Positions 9,179-16,562 of a stretch of 24,351 nucleotides of DNA are shown piece by piece (position 1 is the stretch's first letter; each line of letters opens with the position of its first letter). The position numbers were made by a program, and so were the translations under genes. The stretch is taken from UHGV virus genome UHGV-0125333, one strand, 5' to 3'. This stretch comes from a virus. The notes under the pieces are model-generated. The model ran no database searches. It was not told the origin of the DNA and saw nothing but the letters and a program-made list of their open reading frames with translations.

Positions 9179-9259
9179 TACCTACAGGTAAAGCAGTTGT
9201 CTATACCTGCAGGTAAATAAAATTGATGTAAGAGTTTACCTGCTTGAATTTTCAGGTAA
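9179..9259. promoter_or_regulatory. oL/pL region with repressor operators
   Basis: Palindromes TACCTACAGGTA (9179..9190) and TACCTGCAGGTA (9204..9215), plus TTACCTG-N10-CAGGTAA (9237..9259), upstream of nutL and N. The same motif recurs in the cI-cro intergenic region. Confidence 0.55.
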
Positions 9260-9279
9260 TTAATTTTTTGGATTGATAT

Positions 9280-9300
9280 AAAAAAGCCCGCTTTGCGGGC
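9280..9300 (-). terminator. Intrinsic terminator ending the repressor operon
   Basis: On the minus strand, GCCCGC-AAA-GCGGGC hairpin followed by TTTTTT, 13 nt downstream of the ORF ending at 9313. Confidence 0.6.
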
Positions 9301-9312
9301 TGAAAGGAGATG

Positions 9313-9627
9313 TCAGAAGCTATTTGGATTGCTTGGCCATTGCGGCAATTTTGATTCTACTGGGGTGTGTTTGGGTTTGAGTCCGTTTAAGTAGTCAAGA
9401 CGCTCAATGGCGCATTTATACATAGCAATCTGCTCTGATGACATGTCGTCGTATGACATGCCTTTGAACTTTTTAATTATCGATTCTGCCTCATGTATAA
9501 GATGCTTCTTCTTCATGAGTTCAGCTGTATGCTTAGAGCTTACAGGAGATAACTTTGCCCATATGAAGCAGATGATTACAACAGCGACTACTATGCCGGG
9601 TATAAACACTTGCTGCTTTATCCTCAA
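9313..9627 (-). CDS. Small single-pass membrane protein co-transcribed with the repressor (rex-locus position); candidate exclusion or lysogeny-associated factor
   Basis: 104-aa ORF with an N-terminal hydrophobic helix (VFIPGIVVAVVIICFIWAKL). Its ATG overlaps the repressor stop (ATGA) and a terminator follows. Confidence 0.7.
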   Translation of the reverse strand: MRIKQQVFIPGIVVAVVIICFIWAKLSPVSSKHTAELMKKKHLIHEAESIIKKFKGMSYDDMSSEQIAMYKCAIERLDYLNGLKPKHTPVESKLPQWPSNPNSF

Positions 9628-10310
9628 ACTTTTGGCAGATCGTCCTGGTCTACGTACCTGGTGTGTTTCACAATAGCTGAAACAAAATGCATTTTATCAA
9701 CTTCTTCAACAGGAAGAGTGATTGGGCGGTGATCACTGTTTATGCTACTAAACTGATAATCACCGTCTCTTGTTTTGTTCATGATCTTTATCATGTTGTG
9801 ACCGTCTTTGGTCCTTACAAAGACTTCATCACCTGGATGTACTGGCGTATTTGGTTCAATAACAACATATTCTCCTGACTGAATCCTTGGCCACATGCTG
9901 TCACCCTTAACCTTCAGACCGTAAGCATCGTTATCGCCGCTGTAGATGCTTAACCAACCGGATCTGAATTCAATCATATCCACTGAGCCATCAACTCCCA
10001 AAACGGCTTCACCAATTACCGGAACAAAACCCGCACGAACGTTACCCGCAAACTCAAGATGGTCTGTAGCTCCAGCTTTACCATCTGCAAGCATGTCCAT
10101 CCATCCGCGTGGGAGATTAAAAGATTTTTCAATTAGTTCCATCATATCGTCAGCAATGCGTTTTTTTCCGCTTTTTCCTTCCGGATACAGCATTCTGGAA
10201 ACGTATGATGGTTCCCTTTCTATTCGACGAGCCAACTCTGAGGCCTTTCCATTACAGAATCGGTCTCTTATCTCTATCAGCCTTAGTCGTCTTTGTTCGT
10301 ATTTATCCAT
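9624..10310 (-). CDS. CI-like prophage repressor with C-terminal LexA/S24 peptidase-like domain (non-lambda immunity)
   Basis: 228-aa ORF divergent from the cro-like gene. The C-terminal region (GDSMWPRIQSGEYVVIEP ... DEVFVRTKDGHNMIKI) has the S24 Ser/Lys autocleavage fold pattern. Operators lie on both sides. Confidence 0.88.
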   Translation of the reverse strand: MDKYEQRRLRLIEIRDRFCNGKASELARRIEREPSYVSRMLYPEGKSGKKRIADDMMELIEKSFNLPRGWMDMLADGKAGATDHLEFAGNVRAGFVPVIGEAVLGVDGSVDMIEFRSGWLSIYSGDNDAYGLKVKGDSMWPRIQSGEYVVIEPNTPVHPGDEVFVRTKDGHNMIKIMNKTRDGDYQFSSINSDHRPITLPVEEVDKMHFVSAIVKHTRYVDQDDLPKV

Positions 10311-10330
10311 GATTTAATTCTATCTTTGAT

Positions 10331-10382
10331 TACCTGCCGGTAAATAACCTATGGGTATTGATTTGATTTTTACCTACAGGTA
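10331..10382. promoter_or_regulatory. oR/pR-pRM region with repressor operators
   Basis: TACCTGCCGGTA (10331..10342), a degenerate copy near 10346..10358 and TACCTACAGGTA (10371..10382), between the divergent repressor and cro-like genes. A GGAAGGAGA RBS precedes cro. Confidence 0.6.
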
Positions 10383-10418
10383 AACTCATCTTATTCAACA
10401 ACGGGAAGGAGATAGCAA

Positions 10419-10649
10419 ATGGAAGAACTCCGCTTGTATCTGAACTCCCTTTCACTGGAAGAGCAGAGAGAATTTGCCACCAAGTGCGGAACTTCTATCG
10501 GCTATTTGAGGAAAGCACTTAGCCGTAATCATGAATTGGGCGCAGCACTTTGTGTTCTGATTGAGAAGTTCAGCAATGGTGAAGTGACTCGCAAAGACCT
10601 TCATCCGGTTGATTGGGAAAGCATCTGGCCTGAATTAATGGCCGCTTAA
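10419..10649 (+). CDS. Cro-like HTH regulator (YdaS/Cro family)
   Basis: 76-aa ORF transcribed divergently from the repressor, with strong RBS and an HTH-like segment (ATKCGTSIGYLRKALSRN). Confidence 0.75.
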   Translation: MEELRLYLNSLSLEEQREFATKCGTSIGYLRKALSRNHELGAALCVLIEKFSNGEVTRKDLHPVDWESIWPELMAA

Positions 10650-10657
10650 GTTATTAA

Positions 10658-10689
10658 CGCTCTTACACATCCCCGCCCTGAAAAAGGGC
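10658..10689 (+). promoter_or_regulatory. nutR (boxA CGCTCTTAC and boxB GCCCTGAAAAAGGGC)
   Basis: Exact lambda-like boxA and boxB hairpin immediately downstream of the cro-like stop. Confidence 0.8.
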
Positions 10690-10765
10690 ATTACCAGAAA
10701 CAAATCTCTATGGTTTTGCGTTTCTTTGCGAAGCCAACTCTATCTAATCATTAAGGAAATTATCT

Positions 10766-11047
10766 ATGAGTACTATTGCAACTAAAAGCAAGAAAGCGGC
10801 TCGCATCGAGTCAGCCTTGCTGAACAAACTGGCACTGATGGGGCAGAAGACATTCGCTCGAGCAATGGGGGTTCCTGAATATCAGGTAAGCCGATGGAAG
10901 AATGGTTTCTTCTCGCAGGTAAGCATGATGCTGGCTGTTCTGGAATACGGAATCGAAGACGATGAAATGGCTGAGCTGACTAAGCGGCTTGCCAATTACC
11001 TGACAAAAGAAAAAGCCCCGAAGAACGGCGAATTCTTCGAGGCCTGA
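10766..11047 (+). CDS. cII: CII-like transcriptional activator
   Basis: 93-aa ORF whose ARIESALLNKLALMG ... QVSRWK ... SMMLAVLEYGIEDDEMAEL segment parallels lambda CII (ALRIESALLNKIAMLG ... QISRWK ... SMLLAVLEWGVVDDDMARL). Confidence 0.85.
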   Translation: MSTIATKSKKAARIESALLNKLALMGQKTFARAMGVPEYQVSRWKNGFFSQVSMMLAVLEYGIEDDEMAELTKRLANYLTKEKAPKNGEFFEA

Positions 11048-11081
11048 TGTAGAAAGACTGGATCAATCCACAGGAGTCATT

Positions 11082-11981
11082 ATGACAAATACAGCAAAAA
11101 TACTCAACTTCGGCAGAGGTAACTTTGCCGGACAGGAGCGTAATGTGGCAGATCTCGATGATGGTTACGCCAGACTATCAAATATGCTGCTTGAGGCTTA
11201 TTCGGGCGCAGATCTGACCAAGCGACAGTTTAAAGTGCTGCTTGCCATTCTGCGTAAAACCTATGGGTGGAATAAACCAATGGACAGAATCACCGATTCT
11301 CAACTTAGCGAGATTACAAAGTTACCTGTCAAACGGTGCAATGAAGCCAAGTTAGAACTCGTCAGAATGAATATTATCAAGCAGCAAGGCGGCATGTTTG
11401 GACCAAACAAAAACATCTCAGAATGGTGCATCCCTCAAAACGAGGGAAAATCCCCTAAAACGAGGGATAAAACATCCCTCAAATTGGGGGATTGCTATCC
11501 CTCAAAACAGGGGGACACAAAAGACACTATTACAAAAGAAAAAAGAAAAGATTATTCGTCCGAGAATTCTGGCGAATCCTCTGACCAGCCAGAAAACGAT
11601 CTTTCTGTGGTTAAACCGGATGCTGCAATTCAGAGCGGCAGTAAGTGGGGAACAGCAGAAGACCTGACCGCCGCAGAGTGGATGTTTGACATGGTGAAGA
11701 CCATCGCGCCATCAGCCAGAAAACCGAATTTTGCTGGGTGGGCTAACGATATCCGCCTGATGCGTGAACGTGACGGACGTAACCACCGCGATATGTGTGT
11801 GCTTTTCCGCTGGGCCTGCCAGGACAACTTCTGGTCCGGTAACGTGCTGAGTCCGGCCAAACTCCGCGACAAGTGGACCCAGCTCGAAATCAACCGTAAC
11901 AAGCAACAGGCTGGCGTGACAGCCGGAAAACCAAAACTCGACCTGACAAACACTGACTGGATTTACGGGGTGGATCTATGA
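11082..11981 (+). CDS. O: Replication initiator O
   Basis: 299-aa ORF MTNTAKILNFGRGNFAGQERNVADLDDGYARLSNMLLEAY... matching lambda O; it contains the ori iterons internally. Confidence 0.95.
   Translation: MTNTAKILNFGRGNFAGQERNVADLDDGYARLSNMLLEAYSGADLTKRQFKVLLAILRKTYGWNKPMDRITDSQLSEITKLPVKRCNEAKLELVRMNIIKQQGGMFGPNKNISEWCIPQNEGKSPKTRDKTSLKLGDCYPSKQGDTKDTITKEKRKDYSSENSGESSDQPENDLSVVKPDAAIQSGSKWGTAEDLTAAEWMFDMVKTIAPSARKPNFAGWANDIRLMRERDGRNHRDMCVLFRWACQDNFWSGNVLSPAKLRDKWTQLEINRNKQQAGVTAGKPKLDLTNTDWIYGVDL
11431..11560. repeat. Origin of replication inside O: four roughly 18-bp iterons followed by an AT-rich stretch
   Basis: TCCCTCAAAACGAGGGA, TCCCCTAAAACGAGGGA, ATCCCTCAAATTGGGGGA and ATCCCTCAAAACAGGGGGA, then AAAAGACACTATTACAAAAGAAAAAAGAAAAG. 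Confidence 0.85.
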
Positions 11982-12679
11982 AAAACATCGCCGCACAGAT
12001 GGTTAACTTTGACCGTGAGCAGATGCGTCGGATCGCCAACAACATGCCGGAACAGTACGACGAAAAGCCACAGGTACAGCAGGTAGCGCAGATCATCAAC
12101 GGTGTGTTCAGCCAGTTACTGGCAACTTTCCCGGCGAGTCTGGCTAACCGTGACCAGAACGAACTGAACGAAATCCGCCGCCAGTGGGTTCTGGCTTTCC
12201 GGGAAAACGGGATCACCACAATGGAACAGGTTAACGCAGGAATGCGCGTAGCCCGTCGGCAGAATCGACCATTTCTGCCATCACCCGGGCAGTTTGTTGC
12301 ATGGTGCCGGGAAGAAGCATCCGTTATCGCCGGACTGCCAAACGTCAGCGAGCTGGTTGATATGGTTTACGAGTATTGCCGGAAGCGAGGCCTGTATCCG
12401 GATGCGGAGTCTTATCCGTGGAAATCAAACGCGCACTACTGGCTGGTTACCAACCTGTATCAGAACATGCGGGCCAATGCGCTTACTGATGCGGAATTAC
12501 GGCGCAAGGCTGCCGATGAACTGACCTGTATGACAGCGCGAATTAACCGTGGTGAGACGATACCTGAACCAGTAAAACAACTTCCTGTTATGGGCGGTAG
12601 ACCTCTAAATCGTGCACAGGCTCTGGCGAAGATCGCAGAAATTAAAGCTAAGTTCGGACTGAAAGGAGCAAGTGTATGA
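11978..12679 (+). CDS. P: Replication protein P (DnaB helicase loader)
   Basis: 233-aa ORF MKNIAAQMVNFDREQMRRIANNMPEQYDEKPQVQQVAQIINGVFSQLLATFPASLANRDQ... matching lambda P; its start overlaps the O stop. Confidence 0.95.
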   Translation: MKNIAAQMVNFDREQMRRIANNMPEQYDEKPQVQQVAQIINGVFSQLLATFPASLANRDQNELNEIRRQWVLAFRENGITTMEQVNAGMRVARRQNRPFLPSPGQFVAWCREEASVIAGLPNVSELVDMVYEYCRKRGLYPDAESYPWKSNAHYWLVTNLYQNMRANALTDAELRRKAADELTCMTARINRGETIPEPVKQLPVMGGRPLNRAQALAKIAEIKAKFGLKGASV

Positions 12680-12966
12680 CGGGCAAAGAGGCAATTATTC
12701 ATTACCTGGGGACGCATAATAGCTTCTGTGCGCCGGACGTTGCCGCGCTAACAGGCGCAACAGTAACCAGCATAAATCAGGCCGCGGCTAAAATGGCACG
12801 GGCAGGTCTTCTGGTTATCGAAGGTAAGGTCTGGCGAACGGTGTATTACCGGTTTGCTACCAGGGAAGAACGGGAAGGAAAGATGAGCACGAACCTGATT
12901 TTTAAGGAGTGTCGCCAGAGTGCCGCGATGAAACGGGTATTGGCGGTATATGGAGTTAAAAGATGA
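12676..12966 (+). CDS. ren: Ren (Rex exclusion escape)
   Basis: 96-aa ORF MTGKEAIIHYLGTHNSFCAPDVAALTGATVTSINQAAAKMARAGLLVIEG... matching lambda Ren. Confidence 0.9.
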   Translation: MTGKEAIIHYLGTHNSFCAPDVAALTGATVTSINQAAAKMARAGLLVIEGKVWRTVYYRFATREEREGKMSTNLIFKECRQSAAMKRVLAVYGVKR

Positions 12967-12990
12967 CCATCTACATTACTGAGCTAATAA

Positions 12991-13020
12991 CAGGCCTGCT
13001 GGTAATCGCAGGCCTTTTTA
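12991..13020 (+). terminator. tR2-like intrinsic terminator
   Basis: CAGGCCTGC-TGGTAATC-GCAGGCCT hairpin followed by TTTTTATTT, between ren and ninB. Confidence 0.6.
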
Positions 13021-13039
13021 TTTGGGGGAGAGGGAAGTC

Positions 13040-13480
13040 ATGAAAAAACTAACCTTTGAAATTCGATCTCCAGCACATCAGCAAAACGCTATTCACGCAG
13101 TACAGCAAATCCTTCCAGACCCAACCAAACCAATCGTAGTAACCATTCAGGAACGCAACCGCAGCTTAGACCAAAACAGGAAGCTATGGGCCTGCTTAGG
13201 TGACGTCTCTCGTCAGGTTGAATGGCATGGTCGCTGGCTGGATGCAGAAAGCTGGAAGTGTGTGTTTACCGCAGCATTAAAGCAGCAGGATGTTGTTCCT
13301 AACCTTGCCGGGAATGGCTTTGTGGTAATAGGCCAGTCAACCAGCAGGATGCGTGTAGGCGAATTTGCGGAGCTATTAGAGCTTATACAGGCATTCGGTA
13401 CAGAGCGTGGCGTTAAGTGGTCAGACGAAGCGAGACTGGCTCTGGAGTGGAAAGCGAGATGGGGAGATCGGGCTGCATGA
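13040..13480 (+). CDS. ninB: NinB (Orf) recombination mediator
   Basis: From the ATG at 13040: MKKLTFEIRSPAHQQNAIHAVQQILPDPTKPIVVTIQERNRSLDQNRKLWACLGDVSRQ..., 146 aa matching lambda NinB. Confidence 0.9.
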   Translation: MKKLTFEIRSPAHQQNAIHAVQQILPDPTKPIVVTIQERNRSLDQNRKLWACLGDVSRQVEWHGRWLDAESWKCVFTAALKQQDVVPNLAGNGFVVIGQSTSRMRVGEFAELLELIQAFGTERGVKWSDEARLALEWKARWGDRAA

Positions 13481-14004
13481 CTATCAAATCAAATACGCCA
13501 GCACACGACAAGGACTGCTGGCAAACGCCGCTTTGGCTTTTTGATGCACTGGATATTGAGTTTGGATTCTGGCTGGATTCGGCAGCGAGCGACAAAAATG
13601 CTCTGTGTGCTCACTGGCTAACTGAGGCCGACGACGCGCTCAATTCTGAGTGGGTAAGCCACGGTGCAATCTGGAATAACCCACCGTACAGCAATATCAG
13701 GCCGTGGGTGGAAAAAGCTGCTGAGCAGTGCATACAACAGCGACAGACGGTAGTTATGCTTGTGCCAGAGGATATGTCAGTCGGATGGTTCAGCAAGGCT
13801 CTGGAGAGTGTCGACGAAGTTCGCATTATCACTGATGGACGGATTAATTTTATCGAACCATCGACAGGGCTGGAGAAGAAGGGAAACAGCAAAGGCTCCA
13901 TGCTGCTGATTTGGCGACCGTTCATCAGTCCTCGACGGATGTTTACTACCGTATCCAAAGCGGCATTGATGGCGATCGGGCAGGGCGTCAGGAGGGCGGC
14001 ATGA
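13477..14004 (+). CDS. Phage Dam-family N6-adenine DNA methyltransferase
   Basis: ATG overlaps the ninB stop (ATGA). Contains the NPPY catalytic motif ([11 protein letters not shown]) and occupies the ninC/ninD slot between ninB and ninE. Confidence 0.85.
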   Translation: MTIKSNTPAHDKDCWQTPLWLFDALDIEFGFWLDSAASDKNALCAHWLTEADDALNSEWVSHGAIWNNPPYSNIRPWVEKAAEQCIQQRQTVVMLVPEDMSVGWFSKALESVDEVRIITDGRINFIEPSTGLEKKGNSKGSMLLIWRPFISPRRMFTTVSKAALMAIGQGVRRAA

Positions 14005-14177
14005 GGCGACAGCGACGAAGTTTCACCGACATCATCTGCGAAAACTGCAAATACCTTCCAACGAAACGCTCCAGAAATAAACGCAAGCCAATCCCAAAAG
14101 AATCTGACGTAAAAACCTTCAATTACACAGCTCACCTGTGGGATATCCGGTGGCTAAGATATCGTGCGAGGAAATGA
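14001..14177 (+). CDS. ninE: NinE
   Basis: From the ATG at 14001: [58 protein letters not shown], matching lambda NinE; overlaps the methyltransferase stop (ATGA). Confidence 0.85.
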   Translation: MRRQRRSFTDIICENCKYLPTKRSRNKRKPIPKESDVKTFNYTAHLWDIRWLRYRARK

Positions 14178-14521
14178 CAATGGATTATTCACAGTTAAGT
14201 GATTTTGAAATTAACAGAATGGTAGGAGACATAATTTTTAAAGGCCTTTGGGCAAGTAAACCGGAAACATCAGGGAATAACACCAACAAATGGTATTACG
14301 GAAATGCTGATACAACTTTTGAGCCATTAAATCATTTGCCTGACTACTGCAATGATCCGAGCGCTTCATGGCCGATTATTGAGAAATACAGGATTTCTAT
14401 CTTAGACCAGTTAACTGAATGGTGTGTGGATGCAAAAGGCGTAAGCCCAATATTTGATACCAGACCTCTCCGCGCCGCCATGATTGTCTTTCTCCTGATG
14501 CAGGAGGCCAATAATGCTTAG
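14174..14521 (+). CDS. Hypothetical phage protein, DUF2591/NinX-like
   Basis: ATG at 14174 overlaps the ninE stop; 115 aa starting [26 protein letters not shown].... Family assignment is from memory only. Confidence 0.55.
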   Translation: MTMDYSQLSDFEINRMVGDIIFKGLWASKPETSGNNTNKWYYGNADTTFEPLNHLPDYCNDPSASWPIIEKYRISILDQLTEWCVDAKGVSPIFDTRPLRAAMIVFLLMQEANNA

Positions 14522-14708
14522 CCCATCTCAATCCCTTCAATACCTGAAAGGAAGCATAGAGCGGGCTTCAATGTGCACAGAGTGGATTCTATCTAGGTTT
14601 AGCGCATACAGAAGATTGCCGGTAAAGGGCATGCCAAGCAAGTCGATGCTGCATATGCAAAAGAATGCGCGCTGGAAGGTATGGCGAGAACACAGGTTAT
14701 CTGGCTGA
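14514..14708 (+). CDS. Small ORF of uncertain validity (possibly the 5' part of a frameshifted gene)
   Basis: 64-aa ORF overlapping the upstream stop by 8 nt. A second frame (14603..14731) encodes a plausible C-terminus with no start codon and ends in a GTGA overlap with rusA. Confidence 0.3.
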   Translation: MLSPSQSLQYLKGSIERASMCTEWILSRFSAYRRLPVKGMPSKSMLHMQKNARWKVWREHRLSG

Positions 14709-14727
14709 AAGAGGGGGTTATTAAGGC

Positions 14728-15090
14728 GTGAATACCTACAGCATCACATTACCCTGGCCTCCGAGCAATAATCGCTATTACCGCCATAATCGCGGGCGCA
14801 CGCACGTCAGCGCAGAGGGGCAGGCATACCGCGATAACGTCGCCCGAATCATTAAAAACGCAATGCTGGATATCGGCCTGACTATGCCTGTGAAAATCCG
14901 CATTGAGTGCCACATGCCGGATCGCCGTCGCCGTGACCTGGATAATCTGCAAAAAGCCGCTTTTGACGCACTCACTAAAGCAGGTTTCTGGCTGGATGAT
15001 GCTCAGGTCGTTGATTACCGCGTTGTGAAGATGCCTGTTACCAAAGGTGGGAGGCTGGAACTGACCATCACCGAAATGGGGAATGAATGA
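14728..15090 (+). CDS. rusA: RusA Holliday-junction resolvase
   Basis: 120-aa ORF (GTG start) [50 protein letters not shown]... matching RusA. Confidence 0.9.
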   Translation: MNTYSITLPWPPSNNRYYRHNRGRTHVSAEGQAYRDNVARIIKNAMLDIGLTMPVKIRIECHMPDRRRRDLDNLQKAAFDALTKAGFWLDDAQVVDYRVVKMPVTKGGRLELTITEMGNE

Positions 15091-15227
15091 TGTTTGAGTT
15101 TAATATGGCAGAACTTCTTCGCCACCGCTGGGGGCGTCTGCGCTTATATCGTTTCCCCGGTTCTGTTTTGACCGATTACCGAATACTGAAGAATTACGCC
15201 AAAACACTGACAGGAGCAGGAGTATGA
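15087..15227 (+). CDS. ylcG: YlcG-like 46-aa protein
   Basis: Hand translation gives [46 protein letters not shown] then stop, overlapping the rusA stop; matches DLP12 YlcG as recalled. Confidence 0.7.
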   Translation: MMFEFNMAELLRHRWGRLRLYRFPGSVLTDYRILKNYAKTLTGAGV

Positions 15228-15312
15228 AGTCAGAGATAACAATCAACTAATACTGTTTTGTTGATTTTTGCTTGTAATTGGCGTTCTGGTCTGAGTTTTG
15301 TGGAGTAAGTTG

Positions 15313-15690
15313 ATGCGTGATATTCAGATGGTTCTTGAGCGTTGGGGAGCGTGGGCGGCTAATAATCATGAAGATGTGACCTGGTCGTCCATTGCCGCCG
15401 GTTTTAAGGGATTAATTCCTTCAAAAGTAAAATCTCGCCCACAATGTTGTGACGATGACGCGATGATCATTTGCGGGTGCATGGCCCGTCTGAAAAAGAA
15501 CAACAGCGATTTGCATGATTTATTGGTGGACTATTATGTCGGCGGCATGACTTTTATGGCGCTTGCACGTAAGCATGGGCGATCTGATTGTTGGGTTGGC
15601 AGGATGCTTCAGAAAGCTGAGGGCGTAGTGGAGGGTATGCTGATGGTGTTGGATCTCCGATTGGAGATGGATGCTGATTGTTCGAAATAA
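15313..15690 (+). CDS. Late-gene antiterminator Q, phage-82/QuuD type
   Basis: From the ATG at 15313: [62 protein letters not shown]..., matching the QuuD/Q82 family as recalled. Confidence 0.85.
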   Translation: MRDIQMVLERWGAWAANNHEDVTWSSIAAGFKGLIPSKVKSRPQCCDDDAMIICGCMARLKKNNSDLHDLLVDYYVGGMTFMALARKHGRSDCWVGRMLQKAEGVVEGMLMVLDLRLEMDADCSK

Positions 15691-15694
15691 TTAA

Positions 15695-15789
15695 AGGAAA
15701 AGTTGCTGTCTGATTGTCATTAGTCTAACATTTTAAATGTTGGAATCGCAACGTAGTTATTATCATATAACAGCTTGTTTCCTGATTTA
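15695..15789 (+). promoter_or_regulatory. Candidate late promoter pR' and qut site
   Basis: Placed only from position immediately downstream of Q and upstream of a terminator; no promoter elements confidently identified. Confidence 0.35.
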
Positions 15790-15817
15790 GCCAGCCTCCC
15801 CAAAGGCTGGTCTTTTT
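15790..15817 (+). terminator. tR'-like intrinsic terminator downstream of Q
   Basis: GCCAGCC-TCCCCAAA-GGCTGG hairpin followed by TCTTTTTCT on the plus strand. Confidence 0.55.
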
Positions 15818-15845
15818 CTAATAAGTATTATTTCGGGTAGGGATT

Positions 15846-16370
15846 TTATTGTTTAACCCATAATAATTCATTGACATTGAATCCCAACTTTTGAGCGGTT
15901 CGCACATAGTCTGCTTTTACTTTATCTGGAATAGTTGGGGTCCTTGCCAGAATCCATAGGTATTCTCTGTTCGGACCACTGACAAGAGCATACTTATACT
16001 CATCATCCAGTTTGATTACATTATAGCCACCATAGAAGGGGCCAAAAAACGAAACCTTCAATGCTGCAGTTTTAGTATCTCCAGTAAAGTATGCTTTACC
16101 TTCGCTCTCGCTCCATTTATTTTTCGTTGGATCGTATCCACGGTTAAGTACACGAATCCCTCCGTCGTTCCGTTTTCCATAAGTAGCGCTGACCTGTTCC
16201 AGACCACGTTCGAACCGGTTCTCGAGGCGAGCTATTTCATACCATTTTCCGAGGTAGCGGTTGGCGTCAAAATTTGTAATCGGCTGCACACCTTTAGGTG
16301 GTGTCGGGGCCTTACATGCTATAAGAGTGAAAGAGAGTGCAATGCCAGTCAACACAGGCCATAACTTCAT
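15846..16370 (-). CDS. Bacterial lipocalin (Blc-like) outer-membrane lipoprotein
   Basis: 174-aa ORF with signal peptide and lipobox (FTLIAC) and lipocalin motifs (NFDANRYLGKWYEIARLENRFERG ... KVSFFGPFYGGYNVI) paralleling E. coli Blc; a paralogue, not blc itself. Confidence 0.85.
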   Translation of the reverse strand: MKLWPVLTGIALSFTLIACKAPTPPKGVQPITNFDANRYLGKWYEIARLENRFERGLEQVSATYGKRNDGGIRVLNRGYDPTKNKWSESEGKAYFTGDTKTAALKVSFFGPFYGGYNVIKLDDEYKYALVSGPNREYLWILARTPTIPDKVKADYVRTAQKLGFNVNELLWVKQ

Positions 16371-16562
16371 AATAAATCCTGTACTTTTGATAGTTGAGAG
16401 TAAGTATGAAAGATAGATGATTACGACCGATCACTTAAAGAACTTTCATACTATATTAGGAATAGTCCATAACAGAAAAATTGTCAGTGATGACGCCAGA
16501 AAGGCAATTTATTCCGTGCACTACACAGTTTATGTGTTAATGAATTAGTCAAGGGGGAGAAT

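Noticed and set aside
11431-11516. Possibility that the four tandem roughly 18-bp repeats are a CRISPR array
   Set aside because: The repeats are imperfect, spaced without unique spacers of regular length, and lie inside the O gene where lambda has its ori iterons.
11398-11953. Alternative-frame ORFs inside O (11398..11667 plus; 11630..11953 and 11712..11906 minus)
   Set aside because: They lie inside the O gene and the ori iteron region; O is the supported frame.
15224-15250. Eight-codon mini-[11 protein letters not shown] between ylcG and Q
   Set aside because: Too short to support, with no clear RBS or conservation argument; possibly a leader peptide but not callable.
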